Source: an uncultured Acidobacteriota bacterium (GTDB lineage Bacteria; Acidobacteriota; Thermoanaerobaculia; Gp7-AA8). From it: a DNA stretch of 64,000 nt. A program made the position numbers and the translations under genes. The stretch covers positions 1,312,001-1,376,000 of the forward strand of contig CAWGHO010000001.1 of NCBI GenBank assembly GCA_963822445.1. Reading direction: 5' to 3'. Positions 35,440 through 46,800 of this stretch are shown here, piece by piece. Every line of letters begins with the position of its first letter. Positions within the stretch are counted from its first letter, which is position 1. The notes under the pieces are model-generated. The model worked only from the letters and a program-made list of their open reading frames with translations, was not told where the DNA came from and made no database searches.

Positions 35440-37701
35440 TCACTTCACGAAGATCTCCACCGAATCCCGCCTCCCCTGCGCATCGACGGCGGTCACGGTG
35501 TGCCGGCCACGCTCGAGCGGCCATTCCGTCGCCACCGCCCGCCCGTTGACCTGCCAGTTCACGCGAGACGCGGCGTTCGCCCGCAAGCGCAGGGTCTGAA
35601 ACTCGCGGCGCAGGGTTGGATCGATGAGGAACGTCGCGCCGTCGGCGGGATTCGAAATGCGCAGATTGGTCGCGTGTTGCGTCGCGCCGGCCGTTCGCGT
35701 CTCCGGATACTCGCGGCGGGCCCAGTCGCGCAGTTCCGGCGGCCAGTCCGTGTACCCGTCGTGATGCCACGAACAGAACTTCGCCGTCTCATCGATGGGC
35801 AGCCATTCCTTTTCGATGCTCGGGCACCAGGGATTGGGGCGGTGTCCCGAGGTCGCGCAGATCTCGATCGCCTCGACGTTCGCCGGCGTGTCGGCGACCG
35901 GGGTCATGTCCCCGATCGGCAGCTCGCCACGCGCGCGCTTCATCGCCGCGAGCATCACGCTGTTGAAGATCGGCGCTGCGCCGGTGACGCCGGTCGACCC
36001 TCGCAAAGGCTTGCGATCGAAATTGCCGACCCACACACCAACGGTCACCTCGCGCGTGTAACCGACCGTCCAATTGTCGTGATAGGCCTGCGACGTTCCT
36101 GTCTTCACCGCGACCGGGAACGGGAAATCGAGCGGTCCGCCGCTGCCGAACGCGAACTCCCGGGCCGCGGCATCGGAAAGGATGTCCGTGATCCAGAACG
36201 CCGTCCGCGCCGACATGAGCTGACGCCCGTCGAGCGCCTTCCCGCCGCGCGCGAAGATCGAATACGCCCGCACCAGTTGCTCGAGCGTCACCTCCGCATC
36301 GCCGAGAGTCAGGCCGAGGCCGTAGTAGTCGGCGGTGCGGTCGAGTGTGTCGAAGCCGCTGTTCCGCAGAAGACGCAGCAGCGATTCCGGCCCGAGCTTC
36401 GCCAGCGTCGCTACCGCGGGAACGTTCTCCGAACCCGCGAGTGCCTTGCGGATTCGCAACGGTCCGCGAAAACGTCCATCGTAGTTCTGAGGCGTGTAAA
36501 CGACACCTTCCTCGGCGGTCGGAAAGTGTGACGGCACGTCGGCGAGGACGGTGGCCGGTGTCTGTCCGTTCTCGAAGGCCAGGGCGTACGTGAACGGCTT
36601 GAGCGTCGATCCCGGCTGGCGCGGACTGACCACGCCGTCGATCGCGCCGCCGAAGTTCGTCCCGAAGTAATCGCCCGACCCTTCCCACGCCAGCCACTCG
36701 CCGGTCTTGTTGTCGAGGACGACCACCGCCGCGCTGTGCGCGCCATGATCGAGGAGCTCTTTGCGGTGCGCGGAGATGATGCCGATGACGTCGCGCTGGA
36801 GACGGGCGTCGAGGGTGGTGCGCAACGGCAGTTTCCGTTCGAGCACGCGCTCCACAAAATGCATCGCCACGACCGGTTGTTGCGCTGGCGTAAACCGCAA
36901 CCTCTCTCGCTTCGCTTCGCTCAGCTCCTCCTCCGCAAATTTCATCGCCGCGAGCACGCGCAACTGCCGCGATCGCGCTTTTTCCGGATCGCGCAGCGGG
37001 TTGAACGCGCTCGGACGTTGCGGCAGCGAGGCGAGAAACGCGGCTTGCGCGGCGGTGAGGTTCCGCGCGGGACAGCCGAAGTAAGCGCGGCTCGCTCGCT
37101 CGATTCCGGTGATGCGGTTTCCGTACGGCGCGAGGTTGAGATATAGGGCGAGCACTTCTCTCTTGCCGAACCGATGTTCGATCCGCAGCGCCAGCACGGC
37201 CTCGCGCACTTTCTGCCGAGGGGTGCGGCCGTCCCGGCCGCGTCGTGGACGTACGGCGGGCGTCCCGCCCGCTTCGCGACGGGCATGATGCCCGTCGCCG
37301 GGCGGGCGGGACGCCCGCCGTACGTTCTCTCCCGCCAGCAGCATCTTCGCGACCTGCTGGCTGATCGTCGATCCCCCTTCCACGACCCGCATGGCCCGCA
37401 CGTTGTGTGTAAATGCCCGCGCTGTCGCAAGCGGATCCACGCCAGGATGCTTGAAGAAGCGCCGGTCTTCCGCCGCGAGCGTCGCGTCGATCACGCGCGG
37501 CGGAAGGTTGTCCGCGGTCAGCCACTCCGCGCGGTTTCCCGTCGACGCCAGCGGCTCGTACAGAACTTCGCCGTTGCGATCGAGCACCGTCAACGACTGA
37601 TGCCTGTCCATCGCCAGCAGCGACTCGTCGATCGGACCGAGGCGCAGCCATGCCGCGAATGCGACGAACGCGATCAATACGCCGAGCGCAATCCGCTTCA
37701 T
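35440..37701 (-). CDS. pbpC: penicillin-binding protein 1C
   Basis: EDRRF, GGSTISQQ, PGSTLKPF, SEN, KTGTS; directly downstream of alpha-2-macroglobulin. Confidence 0.92.
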   Translation of the reverse strand: MKRIALGVLIAFVAFAAWLRLGPIDESLLAMDRHQSLTVLDRNGEVLYEPLASTGNRAEWLTADNLPPRVIDATLAAEDRRFFKHPGVDPLATARAFTHNVRAMRVVEGGSTISQQVAKMLLAGENVRRASRPPGDGHHARREAGGTPAVRPRRGRDGRTPRQKVREAVLALRIEHRFGKREVLALYLNLAPYGNRITGIERASRAYFGCPARNLTAAQAAFLASLPQRPSAFNPLRDPEKARSRQLRVLAAMKFAEEELSEAKRERLRFTPAQQPVVAMHFVERVLERKLPLRTTLDARLQRDVIGIISAHRKELLDHGAHSAAVVVLDNKTGEWLAWEGSGDYFGTNFGGAIDGVVSPRQPGSTLKPFTYALAFENGQTPATVLADVPSHFPTAEEGVVYTPQNYDGRFRGPLRIRKALAGSENVPAVATLAKLGPESLLRLLRNSGFDTLDRTADYYGLGLTLGDAEVTLEQLVRAYSIFARGGKALDGRQLMSARTAFWITDILSDAAAREFAFGSGGPLDFPFPVAVKTGTSQAYHDNWTVGYTREVTVGVWVGNFDRKPLRGSTGVTGAAPIFNSVMLAAMKRARGELPIGDMTPVADTPANVEAIEICATSGHRPNPWCPSIEKEWLPIDETAKFCSWHHDGYTDWPPELRDWARREYPETRTAGATQHATNLRISNPADGATFLIDPTLRREFQTLRLRANAASRVNWQVNGRAVATEWPLERGRHTVTAVDAQGRRDSVEIFVK
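37220..37325. repeat. REP unit plus REPIN doublet inside the pbpC coding sequence
   Basis: Perfect 24-bp arms 37249-37272/37302-37325; inner stem 37276-37298; extra REP unit 37220-37241. Confidence 0.85.
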
Positions 37702-40700
37702 TACTTCTGAACCTCCACGGTCACTGTCCCGGTCCTGCCGAAGACCTCCGGCTCATACATCTCCTCGACATGCGTCGGCGGCGTCACGAAGGTCCCCGCG
37801 GTCGTCGCTCGCACCAGGTACGTGAACTCGTGATTGCCCTCGCCGAGCCGCGTGGCGAACACGTTCACCCGATTGTCGTGACGCTCGACGTAATCCCACC
37901 CGCCCCGCTCCCACCACATCCAACCGCTCGCCGCCGTCGCGTTCTGCTGCTGCTCGACGAGCGCGCTGGCCGTGGTCGCGAACCAGCTGTCGACCGGCTC
38001 CGTACCGGCGGGAAGCGGATCAGTCACTGCGACGTACCGCCGCTCCTTGGTGTTGCGGATGCGCAGCGTGACCTTGATCAGATCGCCGGCCTTGAACGTC
38101 GTTTTCGGAGTGGAGTTCGCGCCGTCGATCGCGTACGCACGCTCGACCTGGAATCCGGCGTCGAGCGGCTTCAATCCCATGATGTTGCGCGCGTACCGCA
38201 GCCGCAGCATGTAGAAGAGCGTTCCCACGCCTTCGCGCTGGAAGACGATCGACGACGTCCCGGGCCGGCGCAGCAGGTCGGCCATCGAGAACCCTTTCGA
38301 CTTCGCCACGGTCGAGCGTCCCTTGAACGTCTCCGTGGCGATGGTCTCCCCGCCCCAGTTCACGGTGCCGATGAAGTCGGGCACGGTCGCCTCGTACTTT
38401 TTGTAGTAATCGACCAGCGCCTCCATGGCCCACGCGTTTTCCTGCGTGTTCCCCCAGCGCCCGTCTTCGCGGACCTTCATCAGCCAGCGGACCATCCGCT
38501 TGACCAGCTCTTCGTCGGAGCCGTGACGCACGAGCGTGCCGAGGGCGATGGCCGTCGAGCGGATGTTCGAGTTCCAGAACCAGAGCAGGTACGGATCGCT
38601 CAGCTCATTGACGAACGCATGTCCCCCCTCGGGCAGCACGGCGTTGGTGATCCGCCGCTTGAGATCGGTGATGCGCGCGCCGGTCTTTTCGCCCTTCGCG
38701 ATCAGTGCATCGGCGAGGAAGGCGATGCCGAAGACCGGCATGCGATCGCGATACTCGTAGACCCGGTTGAAGTGGCTGTCGGCGTTTCGCCCACCCTCGG
38801 CGAGCACCTTGATCGCGAACGCCTGCCACGACGCGTACGCCGGCATCCAGCCTTCGTTCGTGGGCTTCGGCTCGCCGAGGTGCGTGTCGAGGAAGGTGTA
38901 GGCGCGCTCGAGCATCGCCTTGTCCACCGTGTAGCCGAGCTTCGCGCCGCGCTGGGACACGTGCACGACATAGCTGGTGAGGAACGGCGACGACGGATGA
39001 TCGCAGTGGCCCGGCCAGAAGGCGAAGCCGCCGTCGCCGCACTGGAAGTTCTCGAGCTCACTCAGCGACGTCTGCACCGCCACCTTGTTCTTGCCGGGCT
39101 CGATGCCGGACAGATTGAACTCCGCGCCGAGATCGGTGACGAGCATGAGCGCCAGCGCGCGCGATGAGCGCTGCTCCGCGCAACCGTACGGATACTCGAC
39201 GAGATACCGCGCACCTTCACTGAGGCCGACCATGGCCGTCGAGGCAAGGTCGACGCGCAGGCCGCCGAAGCCGGGAACGACATCGGTCGAAAGGTCAAGT
39301 TTCTCTTCCGCACGTGGATTCGCTTCGCCGTACGCGGCGACGGTTTCCGGCGACACGATCACGCTGACCGGGATCACGTCTTCCATTGCATCGGTCTCGC
39401 GTCCCATGGCGACGCGCATGCGCACGCGGGCCACGCCGACGGATTTCGCGACCGCGTCGAAGCGCACTTCGAGCGGCGTCTTCGGCGCGACGTTGGCCGT
39501 AGTCGTTCCTTTCAACTCGAGGATGTGCGGATCGAGGCTCTCGATCGATACCGTGGCCTTGCCGCCTTTGGTGAGCTGGTTGTGAATGACGCCGCCGAAA
39601 TGCGCCTTGTCGCCGACGGTGAGGAACCGCGGCCACGCCGGCGTGAGCATCAGCGGCTTGTTGACGCGGATCTCGCTGTCCGCGCCGCCGAAGCGCGACT
39701 GTTTGTCCGCGGCGACGGCCATGATCCGGTACGTCGTGAGCGATTCCGGCAGCGTGACTTCGGTCTTCGCGCGGCCTTTCGCGTCGGTGACGAGCGAGCC
39801 GACCCAGAACGCGAGCACGCGGAAATCCTTGCGCAGCGTTCCCGGTCCGGCGTCGCGTCCACCGCCGCCGCCTTCGGTCGCACCCTTCGGCGTGAGAACG
39901 CGGCGGCTGATGATCCGCTGCCGCGAGTCGCCGGTCGCGACCTGCAGGGCCTTGTCGAGGTAGATCGTTTCGAGCACGTCGGGCGTGCGATATCCGGTGA
40001 GTGAGAGCACGCCGTAATCGACGGCCCACAACGTGACTTCGGACTGTGAAGGCTTGCCTTGCGCGTCGCGCACGTTCACTTCGATGGTCGCTTTCGTCGC
40101 GGGGCGGTACTCCTCGCGGTTTGCCTTCACGTCGACGTCGAGGCGCTTGGCCGCGTCTTCGACTTTCAACTCGACGTAGCCGAGGCGGAAAGCGGGCTTG
40201 CCGGGATCACTGCCGTCCTTGCCCGGGTCCTGCTGTGTGCGGCCTTTGACGAGCAGCACCGACACGTAGATGTTAGGGATGTCCTTCTCGGTGATCGGAA
40301 CGGTGATCGTCTGCTGCGTCGAGGTCAGCTCGAACGGCGTCGAGGTGCGCACGCCTTCGCGCTCGGTGGTGAGCAGCGCCGTCGCTTTTTCCCACGGCGA
40401 CTTGACCATGATTCGCGCGGTGTCGCCCGGTTTGTAGGTGCGCTTCTCCGGAATGAGATCGATGCGGTTGTGATCGTAGCGTTCCCAGGCCGTGTAGCCC
40501 TCGCCGACGGCGTAGAACGAAATGCGCGTCGTCGTGGTGCGGCCCTCCGCGTCGCTCGCGGTTGCGATCAGCAGATATTCGCCGCCTTCAGCGAGTGGAA
40601 TGTGCAGCGGGACGGGCGTCGCTTTGGTCTCGACGGTCCATTTGCCGGCGTCGACCTGCTTCCTCTCGCTCTCCCAAGCGTAGAAGCCCTCGCCTTCGGA

Positions 40701-43448
40701 TTGACGGACGCTGACCCACTGAATTTTCTTCAGCTCGACGTTGACCTTCACGCCGGGCGTTGCCAGTCCATCGATCGCCGCGGCCACGATCTCCGTGTCG
40801 ACGCCGTTCTTCGCCTCGGCGAAGTACGGCGGACGCTTCACGCCGAGGTACCAGGGCGCGGGATCGACGCGGAACGACGCACGGCCGGCGATCTCCTGGC
40901 GGGTCACGTCCGTGACCACGCCTTCCAGCTGATACACGAATGGCCAGCCCGCGGCGAGCTCGGTATCGAGTGTCAGTTTCAGGTCGCCCTTCGCATCGAG
41001 AGTCGCTTCGTCCGAGGAGATCGCGACCGTTCCCGAGTCGTCACTCCACTCGTGATCGTGATCGAGGAACGCGAAACGATCCGAGGGCCAGCGATCCTCA
41101 ACGCCACGAGGAACGTCCTGGACTTTCACCTTCGTGTAGGTCCAGGCCACCGGTTTGCCGGACATCACGCCGCCGTACAAATAGCGGCCGGCGATGCGGC
41201 CCTGCAGCTCCGTGCCTGCCAGCGTGCTGTTCGAATCGAGCGTCGTATCGACGCGGAAGTCGGGACGGCGATAAGCGGCAACGAGGAAGTCGCCGGTGAT
41301 GTTGCCGCGATGCTTCGCCGACTTCGCGATGATCGTGTACGTGCCGAGCGGCGCGTCCTCGGGAACCTCCCACGTCCAGTCGGCGCTGCTCCACGCGCCG
41401 AGAGTGACGGTGCGCGAGTCGATCACCTTGCCGTGACTGTCGTGAATGGTGACCTCGAGCTTCGCGCCGGGCGCGAGCTTCATCCCATCCGGTTCATCGG
41501 CGCGGACGACCGCTTTCAGATGCACTTCCTCGCCGAGCTTGTAGACGCCGCGATCGACGAACACAGTGCCGCGCAGTTGCGGATCGGCCTCGATCAGGTT
41601 GTAGTTCAGGTCGAAGTTCCACGGGCGGATGCCTTCGTTCCAGTCGCTGCCGATGTAGGCGAGGTCGCCGTCTTTTTCCGCGGTGACGACGAAGTGGATT
41701 TCGCCGAGGGAGTACCACTCCGAGTCGTACATCTCCTGCTGGTTCGGATCATCGGCTTTGGCTTTGGTCCGGCGGAGATCGGTATTCGGCGCGATGGCGA
41801 TGCCGTTCGCGTCCGTCGTTCCGGTCCAGAACTGCTTGTTGTCGCGGCTGCGGATGGTGACCGTCGAACCGGCGACCGGCTTCGCGTCGCTCAATCGCGT
41901 GACCAGAACCAGCGTGTTCTGCGGGCTGTCTTTGACGGAGATGCCGAGGTTCGTGGCTTGAACCAGCGTCGCCTTGACGGTCGGGTCGTAAACCACGGCG
42001 CCGGGAACGGCTTCGCCCGGTTTGACGGCGACCCAGGCCAGTCCCATCCGGTCATCGCCGATGGCCGGTTTCAGATCGAGGCCGATCGCGGCGATCTTGT
42101 CGACAGGCGTGTTCAGTTTCCGCGTCGTCGGCGTCGTCTTCGGCGGCTCGCTGGCGAAGGCGTTCTCGCGCAGCTTCTGCATCGCCGGCAGCAGCTCTTC
42201 GATCTTCAGCGGCGCGAGCCACTGTTTCACGCTCCTGAAGTTGCGCGAATGGAACGGAAGGATCGGACCGCCTTCCGACTCCCACACGCCATGGCCCGAT
42301 CCGAAACTGACGAACGCCGACTTGTGCGTGAACTCGACGGTACCGGTCCAGGTGTAGCCGAGTTTCTGTCCGTCTTCAGCAGTCAGTGATGAGTCGACGC
42401 GGACGCGGTACTTGTGCGCCGGGAGCACCGAGTATCCGAGCTCGTCGAGGCCGAAGCTCCACGACGGATAGTCCTCCTCGCGCTTCACCGTTTTCGGCTT
42501 GAGCACGACTTCCTTCGCCGGGTCGGTGATGTCGGTGACCGTGACCGCCTTGCGGACGTCCTCGAAGCGCACGCCGGAGCCCGCGCGGAAGTTGATTCCG
42601 GTGAAGCGCTCCGGATCGCAGCCCGTCGCGCAATCGAGTGCGTTGACGAAGAAGGTCGGCTCGAGCTCGATCGTGAAGGTCTGCGTTCTGCCCGTGCGCG
42701 CGTGACGCGCGGACTGCGCCAGCCGGTCATCGAGAAGGACGCGGATCCAGGTGTCCGGCGGGACGCCGGGCTTGGTCTCGAGCACGACCAGTTCCTTCGC
42801 CGGCACGAAACGCTCTTTGTTCCACTCGGTGGCGAGGAACGCCAGCACCGGCGCGTCGTTCGAAGCCGCCGCGGCCTGCGCTTTCGCGAGCTTCGCGCTG
42901 AACGCCGTGGTGTCGCCGTCCGGCGGTGCGATTGCCGGCAGGTCGTGGGACTGCGTGCGCAACTGCAGATGTGGCAATACGGCCGCGGAATCGACGGGCT
43001 GGTTGAAACGCAGTCCGATCACCACCGCGCCGTTCTTCTTGCGATACCAGTCGGTGCTGCGCAGCTGGATGGTCGGGGTGGTGAAGCTCCACTGGTAGGG
43101 CTGATCGAGGGTTTTGCCGCTGATCGCTTTCGCCGACTTGTCGATGGTGACGCTGTACTCGGTCGCGAACGGCAGCGGCTTGTCGGGCGTGAAGATCAGC
43201 GTGGTCGTTCCCGACCAGCGGAACTTGCCCGGCACTGCCGGCGCGATTCTGAAGAACGGCGCGACGACCGGCTCGGGGATCTTGCCGAGCACCACCATCG
43301 GCTCGCTGAACACGACCCGCACTTCGTTGGCCTCCGCGAGGCTGGCCACTTCGCCGACAGGACCGGCGCTGACCACACGCAAGCCGTTCGCGGCGAACGT
43401 GGAAAAGGAGACGAACAGGGTGAAGAGCGCGGCAGCGATTCTTTTCAT
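37701..43448 (-). CDS. bacterial alpha-2-macroglobulin
   Basis: 1915 aa; DRGVYKLGE, LWAVD, LPESLTTYR, thioester motif YPYGCAEQ, EEMYEPEVFGR. Confidence 0.95.
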   Translation of the reverse strand: MKRIAAALFTLFVSFSTFAANGLRVVSAGPVGEVASLAEANEVRVVFSEPMVVLGKIPEPVVAPFFRIAPAVPGKFRWSGTTTLIFTPDKPLPFATEYSVTIDKSAKAISGKTLDQPYQWSFTTPTIQLRSTDWYRKKNGAVVIGLRFNQPVDSAAVLPHLQLRTQSHDLPAIAPPDGDTTAFSAKLAKAQAAAASNDAPVLAFLATEWNKERFVPAKELVVLETKPGVPPDTWIRVLLDDRLAQSARHARTGRTQTFTIELEPTFFVNALDCATGCDPERFTGINFRAGSGVRFEDVRKAVTVTDITDPAKEVVLKPKTVKREEDYPSWSFGLDELGYSVLPAHKYRVRVDSSLTAEDGQKLGYTWTGTVEFTHKSAFVSFGSGHGVWESEGGPILPFHSRNFRSVKQWLAPLKIEELLPAMQKLRENAFASEPPKTTPTTRKLNTPVDKIAAIGLDLKPAIGDDRMGLAWVAVKPGEAVPGAVVYDPTVKATLVQATNLGISVKDSPQNTLVLVTRLSDAKPVAGSTVTIRSRDNKQFWTGTTDANGIAIAPNTDLRRTKAKADDPNQQEMYDSEWYSLGEIHFVVTAEKDGDLAYIGSDWNEGIRPWNFDLNYNLIEADPQLRGTVFVDRGVYKLGEEVHLKAVVRADEPDGMKLAPGAKLEVTIHDSHGKVIDSRTVTLGAWSSADWTWEVPEDAPLGTYTIIAKSAKHRGNITGDFLVAAYRRPDFRVDTTLDSNSTLAGTELQGRIAGRYLYGGVMSGKPVAWTYTKVKVQDVPRGVEDRWPSDRFAFLDHDHEWSDDSGTVAISSDEATLDAKGDLKLTLDTELAAGWPFVYQLEGVVTDVTRQEIAGRASFRVDPAPWYLGVKRPPYFAEAKNGVDTEIVAAAIDGLATPGVKVNVELKKIQWVSVRQSEGEGFYAWESERKQVDAGKWTVETKATPVPLHIPLAEGGEYLLIATASDAEGRTTTTRISFYAVGEGYTAWERYDHNRIDLIPEKRTYKPGDTARIMVKSPWEKATALLTTEREGVRTSTPFELTSTQQTITVPITEKDIPNIYVSVLLVKGRTQQDPGKDGSDPGKPAFRLGYVELKVEDAAKRLDVDVKANREEYRPATKATIEVNVRDAQGKPSQSEVTLWAVDYGVLSLTGYRTPDVLETIYLDKALQVATGDSRQRIISRRVLTPKGATEGGGGGRDAGPGTLRKDFRVLAFWVGSLVTDAKGRAKTEVTLPESLTTYRIMAVAADKQSRFGGADSEIRVNKPLMLTPAWPRFLTVGDKAHFGGVIHNQLTKGGKATVSIESLDPHILELKGTTTANVAPKTPLEVRFDAVAKSVGVARVRMRVAMGRETDAMEDVIPVSVIVSPETVAAYGEANPRAEEKLDLSTDVVPGFGGLRVDLASTAMVGLSEGARYLVEYPYGCAEQRSSRALALMLVTDLGAEFNLSGIEPGKNKVAVQTSLSELENFQCGDGGFAFWPGHCDHPSSPFLTSYVVHVSQRGAKLGYTVDKAMLERAYTFLDTHLGEPKPTNEGWMPAYASWQAFAIKVLAEGGRNADSHFNRVYEYRDRMPVFGIAFLADALIAKGEKTGARITDLKRRITNAVLPEGGHAFVNELSDPYLLWFWNSNIRSTAIALGTLVRHGSDEELVKRMVRWLMKVREDGRWGNTQENAWAMEALVDYYKKYEATVPDFIGTVNWGGETIATETFKGRSTVAKSKGFSMADLLRRPGTSSIVFQREGVGTLFYMLRLRYARNIMGLKPLDAGFQVERAYAIDGANSTPKTTFKAGDLIKVTLRIRNTKERRYVAVTDPLPAGTEPVDSWFATTASALVEQQQNATAASGWMWWERGGWDYVERHDNRVNVFATRLGEGNHEFTYLVRATTAGTFVTPPTHVEEMYEPEVFGRTGTVTVEVQK

Positions 43449-43536
43449 GCGGCGTGCAGTGTATGCACGTCGCCCGTCGCCGCGCGTGACGGCCGTTAGG
43501 AATTGTGAGGGCGCGATTGTGGCGGCCGAGTGTCCT

Positions 43537-43607
43537 GGTGTGGTGTAAGCCTCCGGCCTGCCTTTCGATCCGCCGCTCGAAGGCAGGCCGGAGGCCTACA
43601 CCACACC
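43537..43607. repeat. REPIN-like inverted repeat doublet
   Basis: GGTGTGGTGTAAGCCTCCGGCCTGCCTT ... AAGGCAGGCCGGAGGCCTACACCACACC; contains the stop codon of the EAL gene. Confidence 0.88.
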
Positions 43608-46600
43608 TGTCGCCGGCTCCGGCCGCCCGTACAGAAACCCCTGCACTTCCTCGCACTCCTGCTCGCGGAGGAAGTTCAACTGCGCCTCGGTCTCCACGCC
43701 TTCGGCCGTCACCGCCAGGTCGAGGCCATGGGCCATGGCCACGATCGCCGAGACGATGGCCCGATTGCTTCCGCTGGCCTCCACGGCCTGCACGAACTCC
43801 TGATCGATCTTCACGCGATCGATCGGGAATCGCCGCAGGTAGCTGAGCGAGGAGTGGCCGGTGCCGAAGTCGTCGAGTGCGATCCGGACGCCGAGGGCTC
43901 GCAGGCCGGCCAGAGTTTCGATCGTGCGGTCCGTGTTTTTCATGGCCGTGCTCTCGGTGATCTCCAGCTCGAGGAATTGCGGCTCGAGACCGGTCTCCTC
44001 GAGCACGCGCGCGACGACTTCGCACAAATCGCTCTGCTGAAACTGTCGCGGCGACAGATTCACGGAGATGCGCAGATTCGGATATTTCTCGCGCTGCCAC
44101 GCCTTTGCCTGGCGGCAGGCTTCGCGGAGAACCCATTCGCCGATCGGAACGATCAGACGAGTCTCTTCCGCGACCGGGATGAAGCGCAGCGGCGAGACGA
44201 GCCCATGTCCGGGACGATTCCAGCGCAGCAGCGCTTCCATCCCCGCGACCTGAAGCGTGTCGAGACGGACCTGCGGCTGGAAGTGGAGAACCAGTTCGTC
44301 CCGCTCCAGCGCGCGGCGCAAGGCGTTTTCGATCGACAACCGTTCCGCCGCGCGGCTGTTCATCGCCGGCGTGCAGAGCTGGTACGAATTGCGGCCCGCT
44401 TCCTTGGCGCGATACATCGCGCTGTCGGCGTTTTTCAGCAGTGCCTCGGCGGAGTCGCCGTCGTTCGGAAAAAGGGCAATGCCGATACTCGTCGTCACGT
44501 ACAGCTCGTGCCCATCGACGGAGAGCGGATGGCTGATCGTCTCCAGAAGCTTCTGCGCGATCTTCGCCGCGTCGTCGGTCGAAGTCAGATCGCCGAGAAG
44601 AACGGTGAATTCGTCGCCGCCCATGCGCGCGATGGTGTCGCCTTCCCGCAGGACCGCTTTCAGGCGCGCCGCGACCGCGCGCAGCAGCTCGTCGCCGAGG
44701 CTGTGGCCGAGGGTGTCGTTCACGTACTTGAAGCGATCGAGGTCGAGGAACATCACCGCCAGCGGCGTCTTCTGCCGCTTCGCGTGTGCGAGAGCAACGG
44801 TCAGTCGATCGCGGAACAGCAGGCGGTTTGGCAACGCCGTCAACGCATCGTGGTAAGCCTGATACTCGATCTGTTCCTCGGCCTCCCGCCGCTCGCTGAC
44901 ATCGCGCGAGACCGAGACGATCTCCTGCACCTGGCCGTCCTCGTCGAGGAGCGCGCGGCTGGTCGTCTCGAACCAGATCTGCTGGCCGTCCTTCCGCCGC
45001 GCGCGATAGCTGTAGGTTCGCGGTGCGTCGTCGCGATCGAGTGCGCCGGTCGCGCGGCGGATGATGTGGTGATCCTCCTCGATGACGACGTCGAACACGG
45101 AGTGGCCGATCAATTCCGACGGCTCGTAGCCGAGGAGCATGCGCACCGCGTCGGATGCGTAAACGAATTTGCCTCGCGCGGTCGTACGGGAAATGAGATC
45201 GGTCGAGTTCTCCGCCATCAGCCGGTAGCGGGCCTCGCTGTCGCGGAGTGCGTTCTCGGCCAGCTTGCGGTCCGTGATGTCGATGACCGTGCCTTCGAGA
45301 ATGCCACTTTCGAGCAGATGGACGCTCTCCAGCAGCCACACCGGCCGCCCGTCCTTGCGGCGCAGACAGATCTCGAGGCTCTGTGCGCCGCCATGCTCGC
45401 GGATGCTGTCAAGGAAGCGTGACCGCTCGGACCGGTCGTAGTAGAGGTCCTGGGCGCGATGCTGCAGCAGCTCTTCCTTCGAATCGAATCCGAGCATGTT
45501 GGCGAACGCTTCGTTGCACTCGAGGATCCGGCCGTCGAGCGTGTTGCGGTAAACGCCGGCGAGGTTGCGCTCGAAGAGGAGGCGGTGGCGTTCTTCGCTC
45601 GAGCGGAGCGCGCGGTACGTGCGGTTGCGCTCGAGCGCGCTGACGAAGATCTCGCCGGCGATTCGCAGCAGGGCGATCGTTTCGCTCGACCACAGAACCT
45701 CCGCGGTCAGGGAACTGCAGCCGACCGAGCCGATGAGCTTCTTCTCGAGCTTCATCGGCACGAAGGCGGCGCTGCGGATGCCGAGGCGCTCGAAGAGGCG
45801 GCGCTCGTTCGCGGCTTCGGGAGGGAAATCATCGAAGCCCGCAAACTCCACGTTCTGCCCTTTTTCGAGCCGCGAGAACCACCAGGGATAAGCGGCCGCC
45901 GGGAACTCGGGATAGACCGGTTTGCGCAGATCGAAGCCGGGCGCGCTCCATTCGTGCGTCAGCCGGCAGCTCAGGCCATCGTCGGAGATCAGGACGACAT
46001 GACAGCGCTCCGCGCCGACAAATTTGCCGACCGAGGCGAGGGCTTCTTCGATGCCCGCGTCGACTTCGGCGGGATCGAGGTTGATGAAGCGCGTGGAGAT
46101 GCCGGCGATGAGCTTCTCGAACTCGACGCGATGGCGGAGCGCCTCCTGGGCCTGGCGGCGATCGGTGGCATCGACGGCCATGGCCACGAGGTCGGCGATG
46201 GAGCTTGCGAACGCTTCGTCCTCGGTGGTCCAGTGGCGCTGCGGGCCGACGTGCTCGAAGCAGACGACGCCGATCATCTGGCCGAGGCGGCGGATGGGGG
46301 CGTCGAGCATGGAGGTGATGCCGAGAGGGACGAGGTAGGCGTCGTTGAATGCGCCGGTTCGCGGATCGAGGCGGGCGTCGTGCGCGGTGATGGTTCGCTC
46401 GGTCTCGAGTGCTTTGAAGTAAACCGGGTAGCCGGCCGCGGTCAGTTCGGTTCCGCTGGAGTGTTCGCGCGCGGATTGCTCGTAGACGTTCGCGCAGCGG
46501 AGTGCGCGGCGATCGGCGGTGAAGAACCAGATCCCGACGCGCTCGACCTCGAGCGTCGGCGCCGCGGCCTCGGTGACCTCGCTGAGGGCCTGATTCAGAT

Positions 46601-46739
46601 CGCCGGAGTGGATGGAAGCGCGGCGGGTCAGATCGACGAGAACCGCGTTCTGCTTGCGCACCCGGCGCTCCGCTTCACGGAGAAGCGTTTCGACCCGCGC
46701 ATCCATGCGGTTCGAGGGGAAGAATGGGGAATCTGACAC
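43596..46739 (-). CDS. GAF-GAF-PAS-PAS-GGDEF-EAL c-di-GMP enzyme
   Basis: [24 protein letters not shown] intact; start may be the ATG near 46706. Confidence 0.93.
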   Translation of the reverse strand: MSDSPFFPSNRMDARVETLLREAERRVRKQNAVLVDLTRRASIHSGDLNQALSEVTEAAAPTLEVERVGIWFFTADRRALRCANVYEQSAREHSSGTELTAAGYPVYFKALETERTITAHDARLDPRTGAFNDAYLVPLGITSMLDAPIRRLGQMIGVVCFEHVGPQRHWTTEDEAFASSIADLVAMAVDATDRRQAQEALRHRVEFEKLIAGISTRFINLDPAEVDAGIEEALASVGKFVGAERCHVVLISDDGLSCRLTHEWSAPGFDLRKPVYPEFPAAAYPWWFSRLEKGQNVEFAGFDDFPPEAANERRLFERLGIRSAAFVPMKLEKKLIGSVGCSSLTAEVLWSSETIALLRIAGEIFVSALERNRTYRALRSSEERHRLLFERNLAGVYRNTLDGRILECNEAFANMLGFDSKEELLQHRAQDLYYDRSERSRFLDSIREHGGAQSLEICLRRKDGRPVWLLESVHLLESGILEGTVIDITDRKLAENALRDSEARYRLMAENSTDLISRTTARGKFVYASDAVRMLLGYEPSELIGHSVFDVVIEEDHHIIRRATGALDRDDAPRTYSYRARRKDGQQIWFETTSRALLDEDGQVQEIVSVSRDVSERREAEEQIEYQAYHDALTALPNRLLFRDRLTVALAHAKRQKTPLAVMFLDLDRFKYVNDTLGHSLGDELLRAVAARLKAVLREGDTIARMGGDEFTVLLGDLTSTDDAAKIAQKLLETISHPLSVDGHELYVTTSIGIALFPNDGDSAEALLKNADSAMYRAKEAGRNSYQLCTPAMNSRAAERLSIENALRRALERDELVLHFQPQVRLDTLQVAGMEALLRWNRPGHGLVSPLRFIPVAEETRLIVPIGEWVLREACRQAKAWQREKYPNLRISVNLSPRQFQQSDLCEVVARVLEETGLEPQFLELEITESTAMKNTDRTIETLAGLRALGVRIALDDFGTGHSSLSYLRRFPIDRVKIDQEFVQAVEASGSNRAIVSAIVAMAHGLDLAVTAEGVETEAQLNFLREQECEEVQGFLYGRPEPATGVV

Positions 46740-46800
46740 GGCCAGGACGAGTATCGACCCGAATTGAAGCCAAGGGGGAGTTATTTCCGTATAACCGATT

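Noticed and set aside
14816-45422. Long alternative ORFs (e.g. 14816..16774+, 24682..26871-, 40059..42389+, 42727..45339-, 43530..45422+)
   Set aside because: Shadow frames of real high-GC genes; Arg/Ala-rich with no motifs.
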